DNA from: Williopsis jadinii
Lineage: Eukaryota
Assembly: GCA_024346625.1 (NCBI GenBank)
Contig: AP024664.1
Coordinates: 2,232,001-2,296,000, forward strand
Length of the DNA stretch: 64,000 bases
Reading direction: 5' to 3'
Shown: positions 44,254 to 64,000 of the stretch, piece after piece
Layout: each line of letters begins with the position of its first letter
How positions within the stretch are numbered: position 1 is the first letter of the stretch
Notes under the pieces: generated by a model
Seen by the model: the letters and a program-made list of their open reading frames with translations, nothing else
Told to the model about the DNA's origin: nothing
Databases searched by the model: none
Translations under genes and position numbers: made by a program

Positions 44254-44296
44254 AAACTTTCAACAACGGATCTCTTGGTTCTCGCAACGATGAAGA
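44254..44296 (+). pseudogene. Truncated 5.8S rRNA (first ~43 nt) fused to 5'ETS sequence
   Basis: AAACTTTCAACAACGG...CAACGATGAAGA runs directly into CGCATGAAACACGGCAC, which is 5'ETS sequence (unit 1 position ~2264). Confidence 0.9.
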
Positions 44297-44530
44297 CGCA
44301 TGAAACACGGCACTGGAGTTTAGCGGAGCCTGTGCTAGAGGAAATTTAAAGAGGGCTATATGGATGTGTTCTGTTCCCTGCCTGGGTTCTCCAGGCTGGG
44401 GGCAAGCACCAGTAGTTCTAACGAACTACTGCTTTACCACATAATATCTTCCGGAGAACTCTCCCCTGGAACGGGGGGCGGACCCGGCTCTAGGCAGCGT
44501 AGGCACACCGGCCCCTAACCAAAGGATAGT
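44295..44530 (+). other. Duplicated distal 5'ETS fragment with internal deletions
   Basis: Matches 2262-2526 but is ~29 nt shorter, including a 26-nt deletion before TAACCAAAGG. Confidence 0.9.
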
Positions 44531-45625
44531 TATCTGGTTGATCCTGCCAGTAGTCATATGCTTGTCTCAAAGATTAAGCCATGCATGTCTAAGTATAAGC
44601 AATTTATACAGTGAAACTGCGAATGGCTCATTAAATCAGTTATAGTTTATTTGATAGTACCTTACTACTTGGATAACCGTGGTAATTCTAGAGCTAATAC
44701 ATGCTAAAAACCCCGACTGCTTGGGAGGGGTGTATTTATTAGATAAAAAATCAATGCCCTCGGGCTCTTTGATGATTCATAATAACTTGTCGAATCGCAT
44801 GGCTTTACGCCGGCGATGGTTCATTCAAATTTCTGCCCTATCAACTGTCGATGGTAGGATAGTGGCCTACCATGGTGGCAACGGGTAACGGGGAATAAGG
44901 GTTCGATTCCGGAGAGGGAGCCTGAGAAACGGCTACCACATCCAAGGAAGGCAGCAGGCGCGCAAATTACCCAATCCTAATTCAGGGAGGTAGTGACAAT
45001 AAATAACGATACAGGGCCCTTCTGGGTCTTGTAATTGGAATGAGTACAATGTAAATACCTTAACGAGGAACAATTGGAGGGCAAGTCTGGTGCCAGCAGC
45101 CGCGGTAATTCCAGCTCCAATAGCGTATATTAAAGTTGTTGCAGTTAAAAAGCTCGTCGTTGAACTTTGGGCCTGGCAGGCCGGTCCGCTTTTTGGCGAG
45201 TACTGACCCTGCCGGGCCTTTCCTTCTGGCTACCCTCCCCTCTGGAGAGGCGAACCAGGACTTTTACTTTGAAAAAATTAGAGTGTTCAAAGCAGGCCTT
45301 TGCTCGAATATATTAGCATGGAATAATAGAATAGGACGTTTGGTTCTATTTTGTTGGTTTCTAGGACCATCGTAATGATTAATAGGGACGGTCGGGGGCA
45401 TCAGTATTCAGTTGTCAGAGGTGAAATTCTTGGATTTACTGAAGACTAACTACTGCGAAAGCATTTGCCAAGGACGTTTTCATTAATCAAGAACGAAAGT
45501 TAGGGGATCGAAGATGATCAGATACCGTCGTAGTCTTAACCATAAACTATGCCGACTAGGGATCGGGTGTTGTTTTTATAATGACTCACTCGGCACCTTA
45601 CGAGAAATCAAAGTCTTTGGGTTCT

Positions 45626-45694
<69 letters not shown>

Positions 45695-46133
45695 GCGGCT
45701 TAATTTGACTCAACACGGGGAAACTCACCAGGTCCAGACACAATAAGGATTGACAGATTGAGAGCTCTTTCTTGATTTTGTGGGTGGTGGTGCATGGCCG
45801 TTCTTAGTTGGTGGAGTGATTTGTCTGCTTAATTGCGATAACGAACGAGACCTTAACCTACTAAATAGCGCGACTAGCTTTTGCTGGTGCTGACGCTTCT
45901 TAGAGGGACTATCGATTTCAAGTCGATGGAAGTTTGAGGCAATAACAGGTCTGTGATGCCCTTAGACGTTCTGGGCCGCACGCGCGCTACACTGACGGAG
46001 CCAGCGAGTCTAGCCTTGGCCGAGAGGTCATGGGTAATCTTGTGAAACTCCGTCGTGCTGGGGATAGAGCATTGCAATTATTGCTCTTCAACGAGGAATT
46101 CCTAGTAAGCGCAAGTCATCAGCTTGCGTTGAT

Positions 46134-46179
<46 letters not shown>

Positions 46180-46263
46180 AATGGCTTAGTGAGGCTTCAG
46201 GATTGGCTTATGGCGGGAGGCGACTCCTGCCTGGAGCCGAGAATCTAGTCAAACTTGGTCATT

Positions 46264-46321
<58 letters not shown>
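44531..46321 (+). rRNA. RDN18: 18S rRNA (unit 4, second tandem copy)
   Basis: Full-length 1791-nt copy starting 2209 bp after the first. Confidence 0.97.
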
Positions 46322-46461
46322 GAGAACCTGGGCCTGCGCTTCTAGCGCGGCTCCAACCAATACACAGTGTATTTTGCTTCTTTTGCTTTGGCTCTGCCAA
46401 AGGTTTTAAACACAGAAATTTATTTTCTCTAGAAACTAGTCAATTTGAATTTTAATCTTCA

Positions 46462-46619
46462 AAACTTTCAACAACGGATCTCTTGGTTCTCGCAACGATG
46501 AAGAACGCAGCGAAATGCGATACGTAATGTGAATTGCAGGTTTTCGTGAATCATCGAATCTTTGAACGCATATTGCGCTCTCTGGCATTCCAGAGAGCAT
46601 GCCTGTTTGAGCGTCATTT
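46462..46619 (+). rRNA. RDN58: 5.8S rRNA (unit 4)
   Basis: Complete 158 nt. Confidence 0.99.
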
Positions 46620-46795
46620 CTCTCTCAAGATCCTCTAGGGGACTTGGTATTGAGTGATACTCTGTGTTAACTTGAAATACTCTAGGCAGAGCTCCCCCTA
46701 GAAATCCTCTGGGCCGAAATAATGTATTAGGTTCTACCAACTCGTTATTTTCCAGACAGACTTCCAGGCAGAGCTCGGCTGAACAACCTTTCTAA

Positions 46796-50179
<3,384 letters not shown>

Positions 50180-51290
50180 TGTTTCGGCAACTCTATTTTT
50201 TGCTGGCGGGTGCCAGCTGGGGATAGAGTGTCACACAGTTGCCGTAGGCGACTGTGTATTTGTTTTGGTGACGGTAGGGTAATCTTTGGTGTGAGTGGTG
50301 TAGTTTTTGCTTTTTTGTCACGGGGTGTGTGGGTGTTGTGATGAAGATGGTCTCTGAGGTTTTATGACGGTAGGGTAACAGTTGGTGTGAGTGGTTGAAT
50401 TTTTTTTAATTTTTCACCAGAGCTCCCAGGAGGAATTTTTGTTTTTCGTGAGGGGAGGGGGTTTCCACCGGCTAGGCTGGGCTGGGCTTCCAGGCTGGGC
50501 TTAAAAAAGTTAGGCGGGTGGTCAGCCTAAAAAGCTAGGCGGGTGGGATAAGCCTAGAAAGCTAGGCGGGTGGTCAGCCTAAAAAGCTAGGCGGGTGGGA
50601 TAAGCCTAGAAAGCTAGGCGGGTGGTCAGCCTAAAATGCTAGGCGGGTGGTCAGCCTAAAATGCTAGGCGGGATGGGCTTAAAATGTTAGGCGGGTCCAC
50701 ACTGGGGCACCACAGACACCAAGTCCAAACACTTAGGAAAGACACCCAGACCAGACCAAGCCCAACCTATGGCTACACCAACAGATTCCCACAACGACAA
50801 CCACGGGAAATGGGAATGTGGCCCCAAAGTGGGATTTTACCAAAACCGTTAGTATGGGGATCCCCCAGGCAGTGGGAATTTCCGGTTACGAGCGCTGGCG
50901 AGGATTTTCTAATTTTGCGAGAAGTGCGACCATCCCTCCGCGCCTGCGCCGCTGCGGGATGGTCATAATGATTTAAAAAAACTAGGGGTATCCGGTTCCG
51001 CCCCCGTATATAGGTATATATATGTGTGTAGATGGGTGGGTGGTGGTGGTGGTTGACGGGGGGGGAGGGGGGTTTATATAGTTTTGGGTGGTGTTGGGTG
51101 GTCACGTGGGTCACGTGAGTGGTGTGCGGGTGGTGTGTGTGGTGTAAGGGTGTGCAGTCACCGGGCGGGTCACGTGGATGGTGTTAGGGCTGGTGTAGGC
51201 CACGGCCACCAGCCGGGTAGACTACCCCTTTTGGGACACCGGGTAGACTGCCCCTTTTGGGAAGCCGGTTACCCAACTTGGGTAAAAAAA

Positions 51291-51411
51291 AGATTGCAGC
51301 ACCTGAGTTTCGCGTATGGTCACCCACTACACTACTCGATCAGGCTCTTAGCAGCTTAACTACAGTTGATCGGACGGGAAACGGTGCTTTCTGCTAGATA
51401 TGGCCGCAACC
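51291..51411 (-). rRNA. RDN5: 5S rRNA (unit 4)
   Basis: Matches the unit 1 5S. Confidence 0.98.
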
Positions 51412-51622
51412 GAAATGGAAGCGCGCGGGGGAGGTTACACTGCTTACACTGCTTACACCGCTTACTAAGCAGCTTACTAAGAACCGCTTACTAAGACACC
51501 GCTTACTAAGCACGGTGTAGATGTAGCAGGTGGGTGTAGGGGTAAGGTCCAGCGGGCCCAGGGCATCCAGGGGGCTGTCTATAGCGGGAGCTATAGGGCG
51601 CGTCGTACGTGGACGTGTAGCA

Positions 51623-54017
51623 GGTGTGTAGTGAGTGTCCATTGGGGGCCTGGGTGTCCAGCGGGCGGTCATTTGGTGATGATTCAGGAGTGAACCAGCG
51701 GTGAGGTGATGTCCACGGGTGGCCAGCGGGCCTCCAGGGGACCTCCAGGGGGCCTCTAGGGGATGGATCGTGGTCTCTAAGGTGGGTCTAGCATGTTTAC
51801 AGTACATAGATGTGTGGAAGATGTCCATTGGGTGTCTGATTGTTTACTCGGGGTCCATTTGGTGTTGATTCAGGGGTGAGTTGATGTCCATGGATGTCCA
51901 GGGATGTCCACGGGATGTCCAGCGGGCGTCCATAGGCCTCTAGGGGCGTCCGGTGGCTATATCGTGGTCTCCAGGGTCTGTCCAGGGTATTCCCAGCATG
52001 TAGTTGTGTAGAAGATGTCCATTGGGTGTCTGATTGTTTACTCCGTGTCCACTTGGTGATGATTCAGCGGCAGCGAGCGTTGAGGGGGCCTCTAGGGGCC
52101 TCCAACGGGGGCCTGGTGGATGGATCGTGGTCTCCAGTGTGTTCCCAGCTTGTAGATGTCCATTGCATGTCCAATAAGTGTTTGGTTGTTGACCCGCTGT
52201 CCATTTGGTGTTGATTCAGGGGCGAGATGATGTTCACGGGGCATCCACAGACCTCTAGCAAGAGCCTGGTGGATGTATCGTGGTCTCCAGCGTCTGTCCA
52301 GGGTATTCCCAGTGTGTAGATGTCCATTGAGTGTCCATTGGTGGCCTTGTTGTTTACACGGTGTCCACTTGATGATGATTCAGCGGCAAGCGAACGTTGA
52401 TGGAGCGTCCAACAAGCCTCTAGGGACCTCCAGCGGGAGCCTAGTCGATGCCTAGACATCCGTAGGTGGTCTCCAGCATCTTCCCTGTTTGTAGTTGTCC
52501 ATTGAATGTCCATTGGTGGCCTTGTTGTTGACACGGTGTCCACTTGGTGTTGATTCAGCGGCAAGCGAACGTCGACGAGGTGGCCACCAGGCATCCACAG
52601 ACCTCTAGCAAGAGCCTGGTGGGTGGATTGTGGTCGCCAGGGTTGGTCTAGAGTATTTCCAGTGTGTTGATGTCCATTGAATGTCCAATAGATGGCTTGT
52701 TGTTTACCCGCCGCCCACTCGGTGATGTTTCAGCGGCGAGTTGATGTCCACAGTATGTCCACGGGGCAACCATAAGCCTCTAGCGACAGCCTGGTGGATG
52801 TATCACGGTCTCTAGCGTCTGTCCAGCGTATTCCCAGCAAGTAGATGTCCAATTGGTGTCCATTGGTGGCCTTGTTGTTGACACGGTGTCCACTTGATGA
52901 TGATTCAGCGGCAAGCGAACGTTGATGGGGCCTTCACGCGGCAAACATAAGCCTCTAGCGAACGTCCAGTGGATGGACCGTGGTCTCCAGTGTCTGTTTG
53001 GCATGTTCCCAGTACGTTGATGTCCAATTGGTGTCCATTGGTGGCCTTGTTGTTTACACGGTGTCCACTTGGTGTTGATTCAGCGGCGAGAAAACGTCGA
53101 CGAGGTGGCCACCAGGCATCCACAGACCTCTAGCGATAGCCTGGTGGATGTATCGTGGTCTCTAGCGTCTGTTTGGCATGTGTCCAGCATGTAGTTGTCC
53201 AATTGGTGTCCATCGGTGGCCTTGTTGTTTACACCGTGTCCACTTGATGATGTTTCAGCAGTGAGTTGATGTCCACAGGATGTCCACGGGGCAACCATAA
53301 GCCTCTAGCGAACGTCTAGTCGATGTATCGTGGTCTCCAGTGTCTGTTTGGCATGTGTCCAGTGTGTAGGTATCCGTTGAATGTCCATTGGTGGCCTGAT
53401 TGTTTACCCGCTGTCCATTTGGTGTTGATTCAGCGGCGAGAAAACGTCGACGGCGTTGCCACCAGGCATCCGCAGGCCTCTATCAAGAGCCTGGTGGATG
53501 TATCGTGGCCTCTAGGGATGGTCTAGCGTATTCCCAGTGTGTAGATTTCCATTGAATGTCCATTGGTCGCCTCTTTGTTTACCCCCCGCCCGCTTGATGA
53601 TGTTTCAGCGGCGTGTTGATGTCCACAGGATGTTCACGGGGCAAACATAAGCCTCTAGCGAGAGCCGGGTGGGTGGAGCGTGGTCTCCAGTGTCTGTTTG
53701 GCACGTGTCCAGCATGTAGATGTGTGGAAGATGTCCATTGGTGGCCTCGTTGTTTACACGGTGTCCACTTGATGTTGTTTCAGCGGCGAGAAAACGTCGA
53801 CGGGGCCTCCACGCGGCAAACATAAGCCTCTAGCGATAGCCTGGTGGATGTATCGTGGCCTCTAGGTTCTGTCCAGCATGTTTCCAATACATAGATGTGT
53901 AGAAGATGTCCAACCAGCGCCCCTTTGTTTACCCTCTACCCCCTTGATGTTCATTCAGGGAAAAGTTTTTTTTTCGCAAATTCAGCGGCGAGAAAACGCC
54001 CACGCGGTGGCCACCGG
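51623..54017. repeat. 175-bp array, 14 monomers (unit 4, 525-bp deletion)
   Basis: Offset to unit 2 falls from 28732 to 28207 across 53109-53162. Confidence 0.93.
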
Positions 54018-57000
54018 TTCAGGCATTAGCTCCGATCCAGGTAAAGTGGCCCCGCCAGCTTGGTGTCCAGCAGTAAATTGGCGCAATTCGGGATCAACCA
54101 CCCCCATGTGGGGCCCGGAGTTTGACACATCCTCTAATATCCGCAACACTTAAATGCTTCCAGAACTCCACACACACATCCTACCACAACCAAAATCACT
54201 GTTCCACGCTCACAAAATTCACGCCTTTCCAATGAGACCAAAATACCCTGGTATTTCCACCATTTGGGTTTTTCATTCCATTATTTTACTGTTAACATCT
54301 ACCCAAATTTTATAATCCGAAAAAGACTCACCTATTCTCGGAGATATCCTAAATTAATATATACTATATAATCCCATAACTCGGGAACTAGCAGAGCTTT
54401 CGAGCTATAAACACCACTACTGGATAGCTACGCTCCAGAACTTACCACTGGGTTTAAGTTGTTTCCCGGTTTATGGGTGCCCATCTCCCTGGAAAGCAAA
54501 ACATGGTTTTTAGAGGGCAACCTGCATTTTCTCGGCGAACCCCGGTTTGTTCCAACTTTATCAAAAGTGGGTCTTTCATGGCCAAACTTGGGTCATATAT
54601 TCACCTTCAGGAGTAGTACCTATGGTCCAACAGCCATGGATGGGTGCACTTTGCCCATTGTTCAGGAGGTATAAGTACAAAATTACATGCATAAATGTTG
54701 ATTTTTGGGTGCCGCCGAGCAACCGGAATTAACCAGAGATGATGCAAGATGATAGTACTGTGTCAGTTACACCACCTTGGCTTATTAGATCGGTCAAATT
54801 CATCGCGCGTGGTGGTGCAATTTGCGTTTAAAGGGTGTATAAAATGGCTTTTTGGTGTAAGGATGTTTGGGTGTTTGGATGAAATGTTTGGATGTTTTGG
54901 CAGGGTGGTGGGGGCAGGTGGGGGGCATATAATTGGATATTTTGGGATGGGGGCGATATGTTTGGGGAGTTTTTGGTATGGATCGGGAGGTTGGAGCGTG
55001 GTTTGAACCATTGGGCTTGTTGTGGTGTTTATGGCGTTTGTGCTGGGAGTGCGCTGGCTGTTACAAGTGTTGGGGTGGTCGGATCTGGCTTTCCGGGGTG
55101 TTGCCCGTTCCCGAAAAACAAAGTGGGGGCTTAACTATGGGCGCTTAACTATGGGCGCTTAACTATGGGAGATTCACTATGAGACTTAACTATGGGATCT
55201 CTACTATGGGAGCTTCACTATAGGTGGTTAACTATGGGAGTTCCACTATAGGTGGTTAACTACGGGGATGGTAGGTGGTGTTGCCCGTTCCCGAAAACCA
55301 AACTGGGAGTTAACTATGGGCGTTAACTATGGGGTTCCACTATGAAGGTCTTTAATTTTTCCTGAAGTTATTCGCATCCATGAAAATCTATACTTTCAAG
55401 GGGTATTTAATTTTTGTTGATGTAGTGCGCGGCCCAAAAAATCTATAGAGGTTAAACTTTGGTGAAGTTATTCGCATCCATGAAAATCTATACTTCCAAG
55501 GGGTATTTAATTTTTGTTGATGTAGTGCGCGGCCCAAAAAATCTATAGAGGTTAAATTTTGGTGAAGTTACTCGCTTCCATGAAAATCTATACTTTCAAG
55601 GGGTATTTAATTTTTGTTGATGTAGTGCGCGGCCCAAAAAATCCATAGAGGTTAAATTTTGGTGAAGTTACTCGCTTCCATAAAAATCTATACTTCCAAG
55701 GGGTATTTAATTTTTGTTGATGTAGTGCGCGGCCCAAAAAAAATCTATAGAGGTTAAATTTTGTTGAAGTTACTCGCTTCCATAAAAATCTATACTTCCA
55801 AGGGGTATTTAATTTTTGTTGATGTAGTGCGCGGCCCAAAAAAAATCTATAGAGGTTAAATTTTGGTGATGTTATTCGCATCCATAAAAATCTATAGGGA
55901 TTCCATATGGGAGTTCCATGGGGGTTCCATGGAAATCTTCAATTTTAGTGATGTGGCGCGCGATCTTGAAAATCTAACTACAAGACTTGGTCTATATGGA
56001 CTGTCTACAATAGATGTTTCCAGTAGATGCCCACCTTTTTGGTTGGGTTGCGCCCTGTTGAAAAATTCATTTGTAGGTGTTGATGTATAAAGTGTAAGAA
56101 GAACAAACCTCTCTAACAATCGACGAGAGGGTGGACTGAAAACCAAATCCATCGACGGTTGCCCTAAAATGAAAAATTTTTCACTGTTGCTCACACCGGA
56201 AAATTTTTTCCATGTTTGCGTCGCTTTTTTGTTGTGCTGCACGGACCGGAAAAATTTTTCATCTTTGCGTCCCTTTTTTGTTGTGCTGCACGGACCGAAA
56301 AATCTCACTTCCGGAACACTCTGAAACCGAATCTCAATTTCGGGACGGCCAACAACAAAATATGTGGCCTGTCCCAAAAACGCGTGGCCGAAATCTTGAA
56401 AATCCAAAATGTATGAGGCGAACCCAAAACATTGACGCAGGGTATATGCAGGCGGTAGACGGCGTTGGTATAGCTCTGAGACTACAGACGATTGAAGAAT
56501 TCAAAATCCAGAAAACACAAGTCCACACCTGATCAGTCTTCCAAAGATGAAAGAGGCTCGGAGGTACTACATGTGGGAGCGTTTGGACGATTTGAAAAAG
56601 TCGTCTGGAGTGGCCCACAGGCCTTGTTGGACGGTGGTGAAGGTGCTAGTGTGGTCGCCAGACTGTGCTTGCCTTGTACACCGTGTCGACATGGGCGGGG
56701 ATGGGTTCGTTGGGCATTCGGTAAGTGAAGGGAGACTCTCCTTCCATCAACAACACCTTCTTTGCCCGTTCTGGGTTTAGGGAGAGACCATAGGGGGGGA
56801 TCCTTTTTCTTTTGATGTTTTTCGGCCTACGCCTGAGCAGTCCCGTCTGGGAGTTCTTCCACGGGCGGGCACTGAGGGATTTAGTGGACTACTAGCCTAT
56901 GGCAAGTGTTGTAACTAGAATCCTGGGGGCATACCTGCCTGGATAACCGTAGCGATACGTGAGTCCAGGCGGCGTGACCTCCTCTCAAGCCAGTGATGCT

Positions 57001-57273
57001 AAACCCGGGACGCATGAAACACGGCACTGGAGTTTAGCGGAGCCTGTGCTAGAGGAAATTTAAAGAGGGCTATATGGATGTGTTCTGTTCCCTGCCTGGG
57101 TTCTCCAGGCTGGGGGCAAGCACCAGTAGTTCTAACGAACTACTGCTTTACCACATAATATCTTCAGGGAGAACTTCTCCCGCTGGAAACGGGGGCGGAC
57201 CCGGCTCTAGGCAGCGTAGGCACACCGGCCTAGTCAGCTCCGCCTAGACGACACCCCCTAACCAAAGGATAGT

Positions 57274-58368
57274 TATCTGGTTGATCCTGCCAGTAGTCAT
57301 ATGCTTGTCTCAAAGATTAAGCCATGCATGTCTAAGTATAAGCAATTTATACAGTGAAACTGCGAATGGCTCATTAAATCAGTTATAGTTTATTTGATAG
57401 TACCTTACTACTTGGATAACCGTGGTAATTCTAGAGCTAATACATGCTAAAAACCCCGACTGCTTGGGAGGGGTGTATTTATTAGATAAAAAATCAATGC
57501 CCTCGGGCTCTTTGATGATTCATAATAACTTGTCGAATCGCATGGCTTTACGCCGGCGATGGTTCATTCAAATTTCTGCCCTATCAACTGTCGATGGTAG
57601 GATAGTGGCCTACCATGGTGGCAACGGGTAACGGGGAATAAGGGTTCGATTCCGGAGAGGGAGCCTGAGAAACGGCTACCACATCCAAGGAAGGCAGCAG
57701 GCGCGCAAATTACCCAATCCTAATTCAGGGAGGTAGTGACAATAAATAACGATACAGGGCCCTTCTGGGTCTTGTAATTGGAATGAGTACAATGTAAATA
57801 CCTTAACGAGGAACAATTGGAGGGCAAGTCTGGTGCCAGCAGCCGCGGTAATTCCAGCTCCAATAGCGTATATTAAAGTTGTTGCAGTTAAAAAGCTCGT
57901 AGTTGAACTTTGGGCCTGGCAGGCCGGTCCGCTTTTTGGCGAGTACTGACCCTGCCGGGCCTTTCCTTCTGGCTACCCTCCCCTCTGGAGAGGCGAACCA
58001 GGACTTTTACTTTGAAAAAATTAGAGTGTTCAAAGCAGGCCTTTGCTCGAATATATTAGCATGGAATAATAGAATAGGACGTTTGGTTCTATTTTGTTGG
58101 TTTCTAGGACCATCGTAATGATTAATAGGGACGGTCGGGGGCATCAGTATTCAGTTGTCAGAGGTGAAATTCTTGGATTTACTGAAGACTAACTACTGCG
58201 AAAGCATTTGCCAAGGACGTTTTCATTAATCAAGAACGAAAGTTAGGGGATCGAAGATGATCAGATACCGTCGTAGTCTTAACCATAAACTATGCCGACT
58301 AGGGATCGGGTGTTGTTTTTATAATGACTCACTCGGCACCTTACGAGAAATCAAAGTCTTTGGGTTCT

Positions 58369-58437
<69 letters not shown>

Positions 58438-58876
58438 GCGGCTTAATTTGACTCAACACGGGGAAACTCACCAGGTCCAGACACAATAAGGATTGACAGA
58501 TTGAGAGCTCTTTCTTGATTTTGTGGGTGGTGGTGCATGGCCGTTCTTAGTTGGTGGAGTGATTTGTCTGCTTAATTGCGATAACGAACGAGACCTTAAC
58601 CTACTAAATAGCGCGACTAGCTTTTGCTGGTGCTGACGCTTCTTAGAGGGACTATCGATTTCAAGTCGATGGAAGTTTGAGGCAATAACAGGTCTGTGAT
58701 GCCCTTAGACGTTCTGGGCCGCACGCGCGCTACACTGACGGAGCCAGCGAGTCTAGCCTTGGCCGAGAGGTCATGGGTAATCTTGTGAAACTCCGTCGTG
58801 CTGGGGATAGAGCATTGCAATTATTGCTCTTCAACGAGGAATTCCTAGTAAGCGCAAGTCATCAGCTTGCGTTGAT

Positions 58877-58922
<46 letters not shown>

Positions 58923-59006
58923 AATGGCTTAGTGAGGCTTCAGGATTGGCTTATGGCGGGAGGCGACTCCTGCCTGGAGCCGAGAATCTAGTCAAACTTG
59001 GTCATT

Positions 59007-59064
<58 letters not shown>
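57274..59064 (+). rRNA. RDN18: 18S rRNA (unit 5)
   Basis: Same termini as unit 1. Confidence 0.99.
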
Positions 59065-59204
59065 GAGAACCTGGGCCTGCGCTTCTAGCGCGGCTCCAAC
59101 CAATACACAGTGTATTTTGCTTCTTTTGCTTTGGCTCTGCCAAAGGTTTTAAACACAGAAATTTATTTTCTCTAGAAACTAGTCAATTTGAATTTTAATC
59201 TTCA

Positions 59205-59362
59205 AAACTTTCAACAACGGATCTCTTGGTTCTCGCAACGATGAAGAACGCAGCGAAATGCGATACGTAATGTGAATTGCAGGTTTTCGTGAATCATCGA
59301 ATCTTTGAACGCATATTGCGCTCTCTGGCATTCCAGAGAGCATGCCTGTTTGAGCGTCATTT
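59205..59362 (+). rRNA. RDN58: 5.8S rRNA (unit 5)
   Basis: Same termini as unit 1. Confidence 0.99.
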
Positions 59363-59538
59363 CTCTCTCAAGATCCTCTAGGGGACTTGGTATTGAGTGA
59401 TACTCTGTGTTAACTTGAAATACTCTAGGCAGAGCTCCCCCTAGAAATCCTCTGGGCCGAAATAATGTATTAGGTTCTACCAACTCGTTATTTTCCAGAC
59501 AGACTTCCAGGCAGAGCTCGGCTGAACAACCTTTCTAA

Positions 59539-62924
<3,386 letters not shown>

Positions 62925-63242
62925 TGTTTCGGCAACTCTATTTTTTGCTGGCGGGTGCCAGCTGGGGATAGAGTGTCACACAGTTGCCGTAGGCGACTGT
63001 GTATTTGTTTTGGTGACGGTAGGGTAATCTTTGGTGTGAGTGGTGTAGTTTTTGCTTTTTTGTCACGGGGTGTGTGGGTGTTGTGATGAAGATGGTCTCT
63101 GAGGTTTTATGACGGTAGGGTAACAGTTGGTGTGAGTGGTTGAATTTTTTTTAATTTTTCACCAGAGCTCCCAGGAGGAATTTTTGTTTTTCGTGAGGGG
63201 AGGGGGTTTCCACCGGCTAGGCTGGGCTGGGCTTCCAGGCTG

Positions 63243-63468
63243 GGCTTAAAAAAGTTAGGCGGGTGGTCAGCCTAAAAAGCTAGGCGGGTGGGATAAGCCT
63301 AGAAAGCTAGGCGGGTGGTCAGCCTAAAAAGCTAGGCGGGTGGGATAAGCCTAGAAAGCTAGGCGGGTGGTCAGCCTAAAATGCTAGGCGGGTGGTCAGC
63401 CTAAAATGCTAGGCGGGTGGTCAGCCTAAAATGCTAGGCGGGATGGGCTTAAAATGTTAGGCGGGTCC
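63243..63468. repeat. 25/27-bp IGS1 tandem repeat, 9 copies (unit 5)
   Basis: One extra AAAATGCTAGGCGGGTGGTCAGCCT; offsets to unit 1 shift by 25 bp across the array. Confidence 0.93.
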
Positions 63469-64000
63469 ACACTGGGGCACCACAGACACCAAGTCCAAAC
63501 ACTTAGGAAAGACACCCAGACCAGACCAAGACCAACCTATGGCTACACCAACAGATTCCCACAACGACAACCACGGGAAATGGGAATGTGGCCCCAAAGT
63601 GGGATTTTACCAAAACCGTTAGTATGGGGATCCCCCAGGCAGTGGGAATTTCCGGTTACGAGCGCTGGCGAGGATTTTCTAATTTTGCGAGAAGTGCGAC
63701 CATCCCTCCGCGCCTGCGCCGCTGCGGGATGGTCATAATGATTTAAAAAAACTAGGGGTATCCGGTTCCGCCCCCGTATATAGGTATATATATGTGTGTA
63801 GATGGGTGGGTGGTGGTGGTGGTTGACGGGGGGGGAGGGGGGTTTATATAGTTTTGGGTGGTGTTGGGTGGTCACGTGGGTCACGTGAGTGGTGTGCGGG
63901 TGGTGTGTGTGGTGTAAGGGTGTGCAGTCACCGGGCGGGTCACGTGGATGGTGTTAGGGCTGGTGTAGGCCACGGCCACCAGCCGGGTAGACTACCCCTT

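Overview
The window is a tandem array of budding-yeast (Saccharomycotina) nuclear rDNA, about 4.8 units of about 13.27 kb. Each unit runs Pol I promoter, ~700-nt 5'ETS, 18S, ITS1, 5.8S, ITS2, 25S, IGS1, 5S (opposite strand), IGS2. From memory the ITS1 and 5.8S look like Cyberlindnera jadinii (Candida utilis); this is unverified. There are no credible protein genes, only the known antisense-to-rRNA ORFs (TAR1-like and ART-like). The spacer is unusually long (~6.9 kb from 25S end to the next TSS) and built from several repeat families: 17 satellite-like 175-bp monomers, 5 x 100 bp, 8-9 x 25/27 bp, a ~14-bp AACTATGGG array and a duplicated terminator-like element. Unit 4 is rearranged. It carries a ~2.2-kb tandem duplication giving two complete 18S genes behind one promoter, joined by a truncated-5.8S/5'ETS fusion, and it has lost exactly three 175-bp monomers. 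Linked variants suggest two interleaved unit haplotypes. Collapsed or chimeric assembly cannot be excluded without reads.
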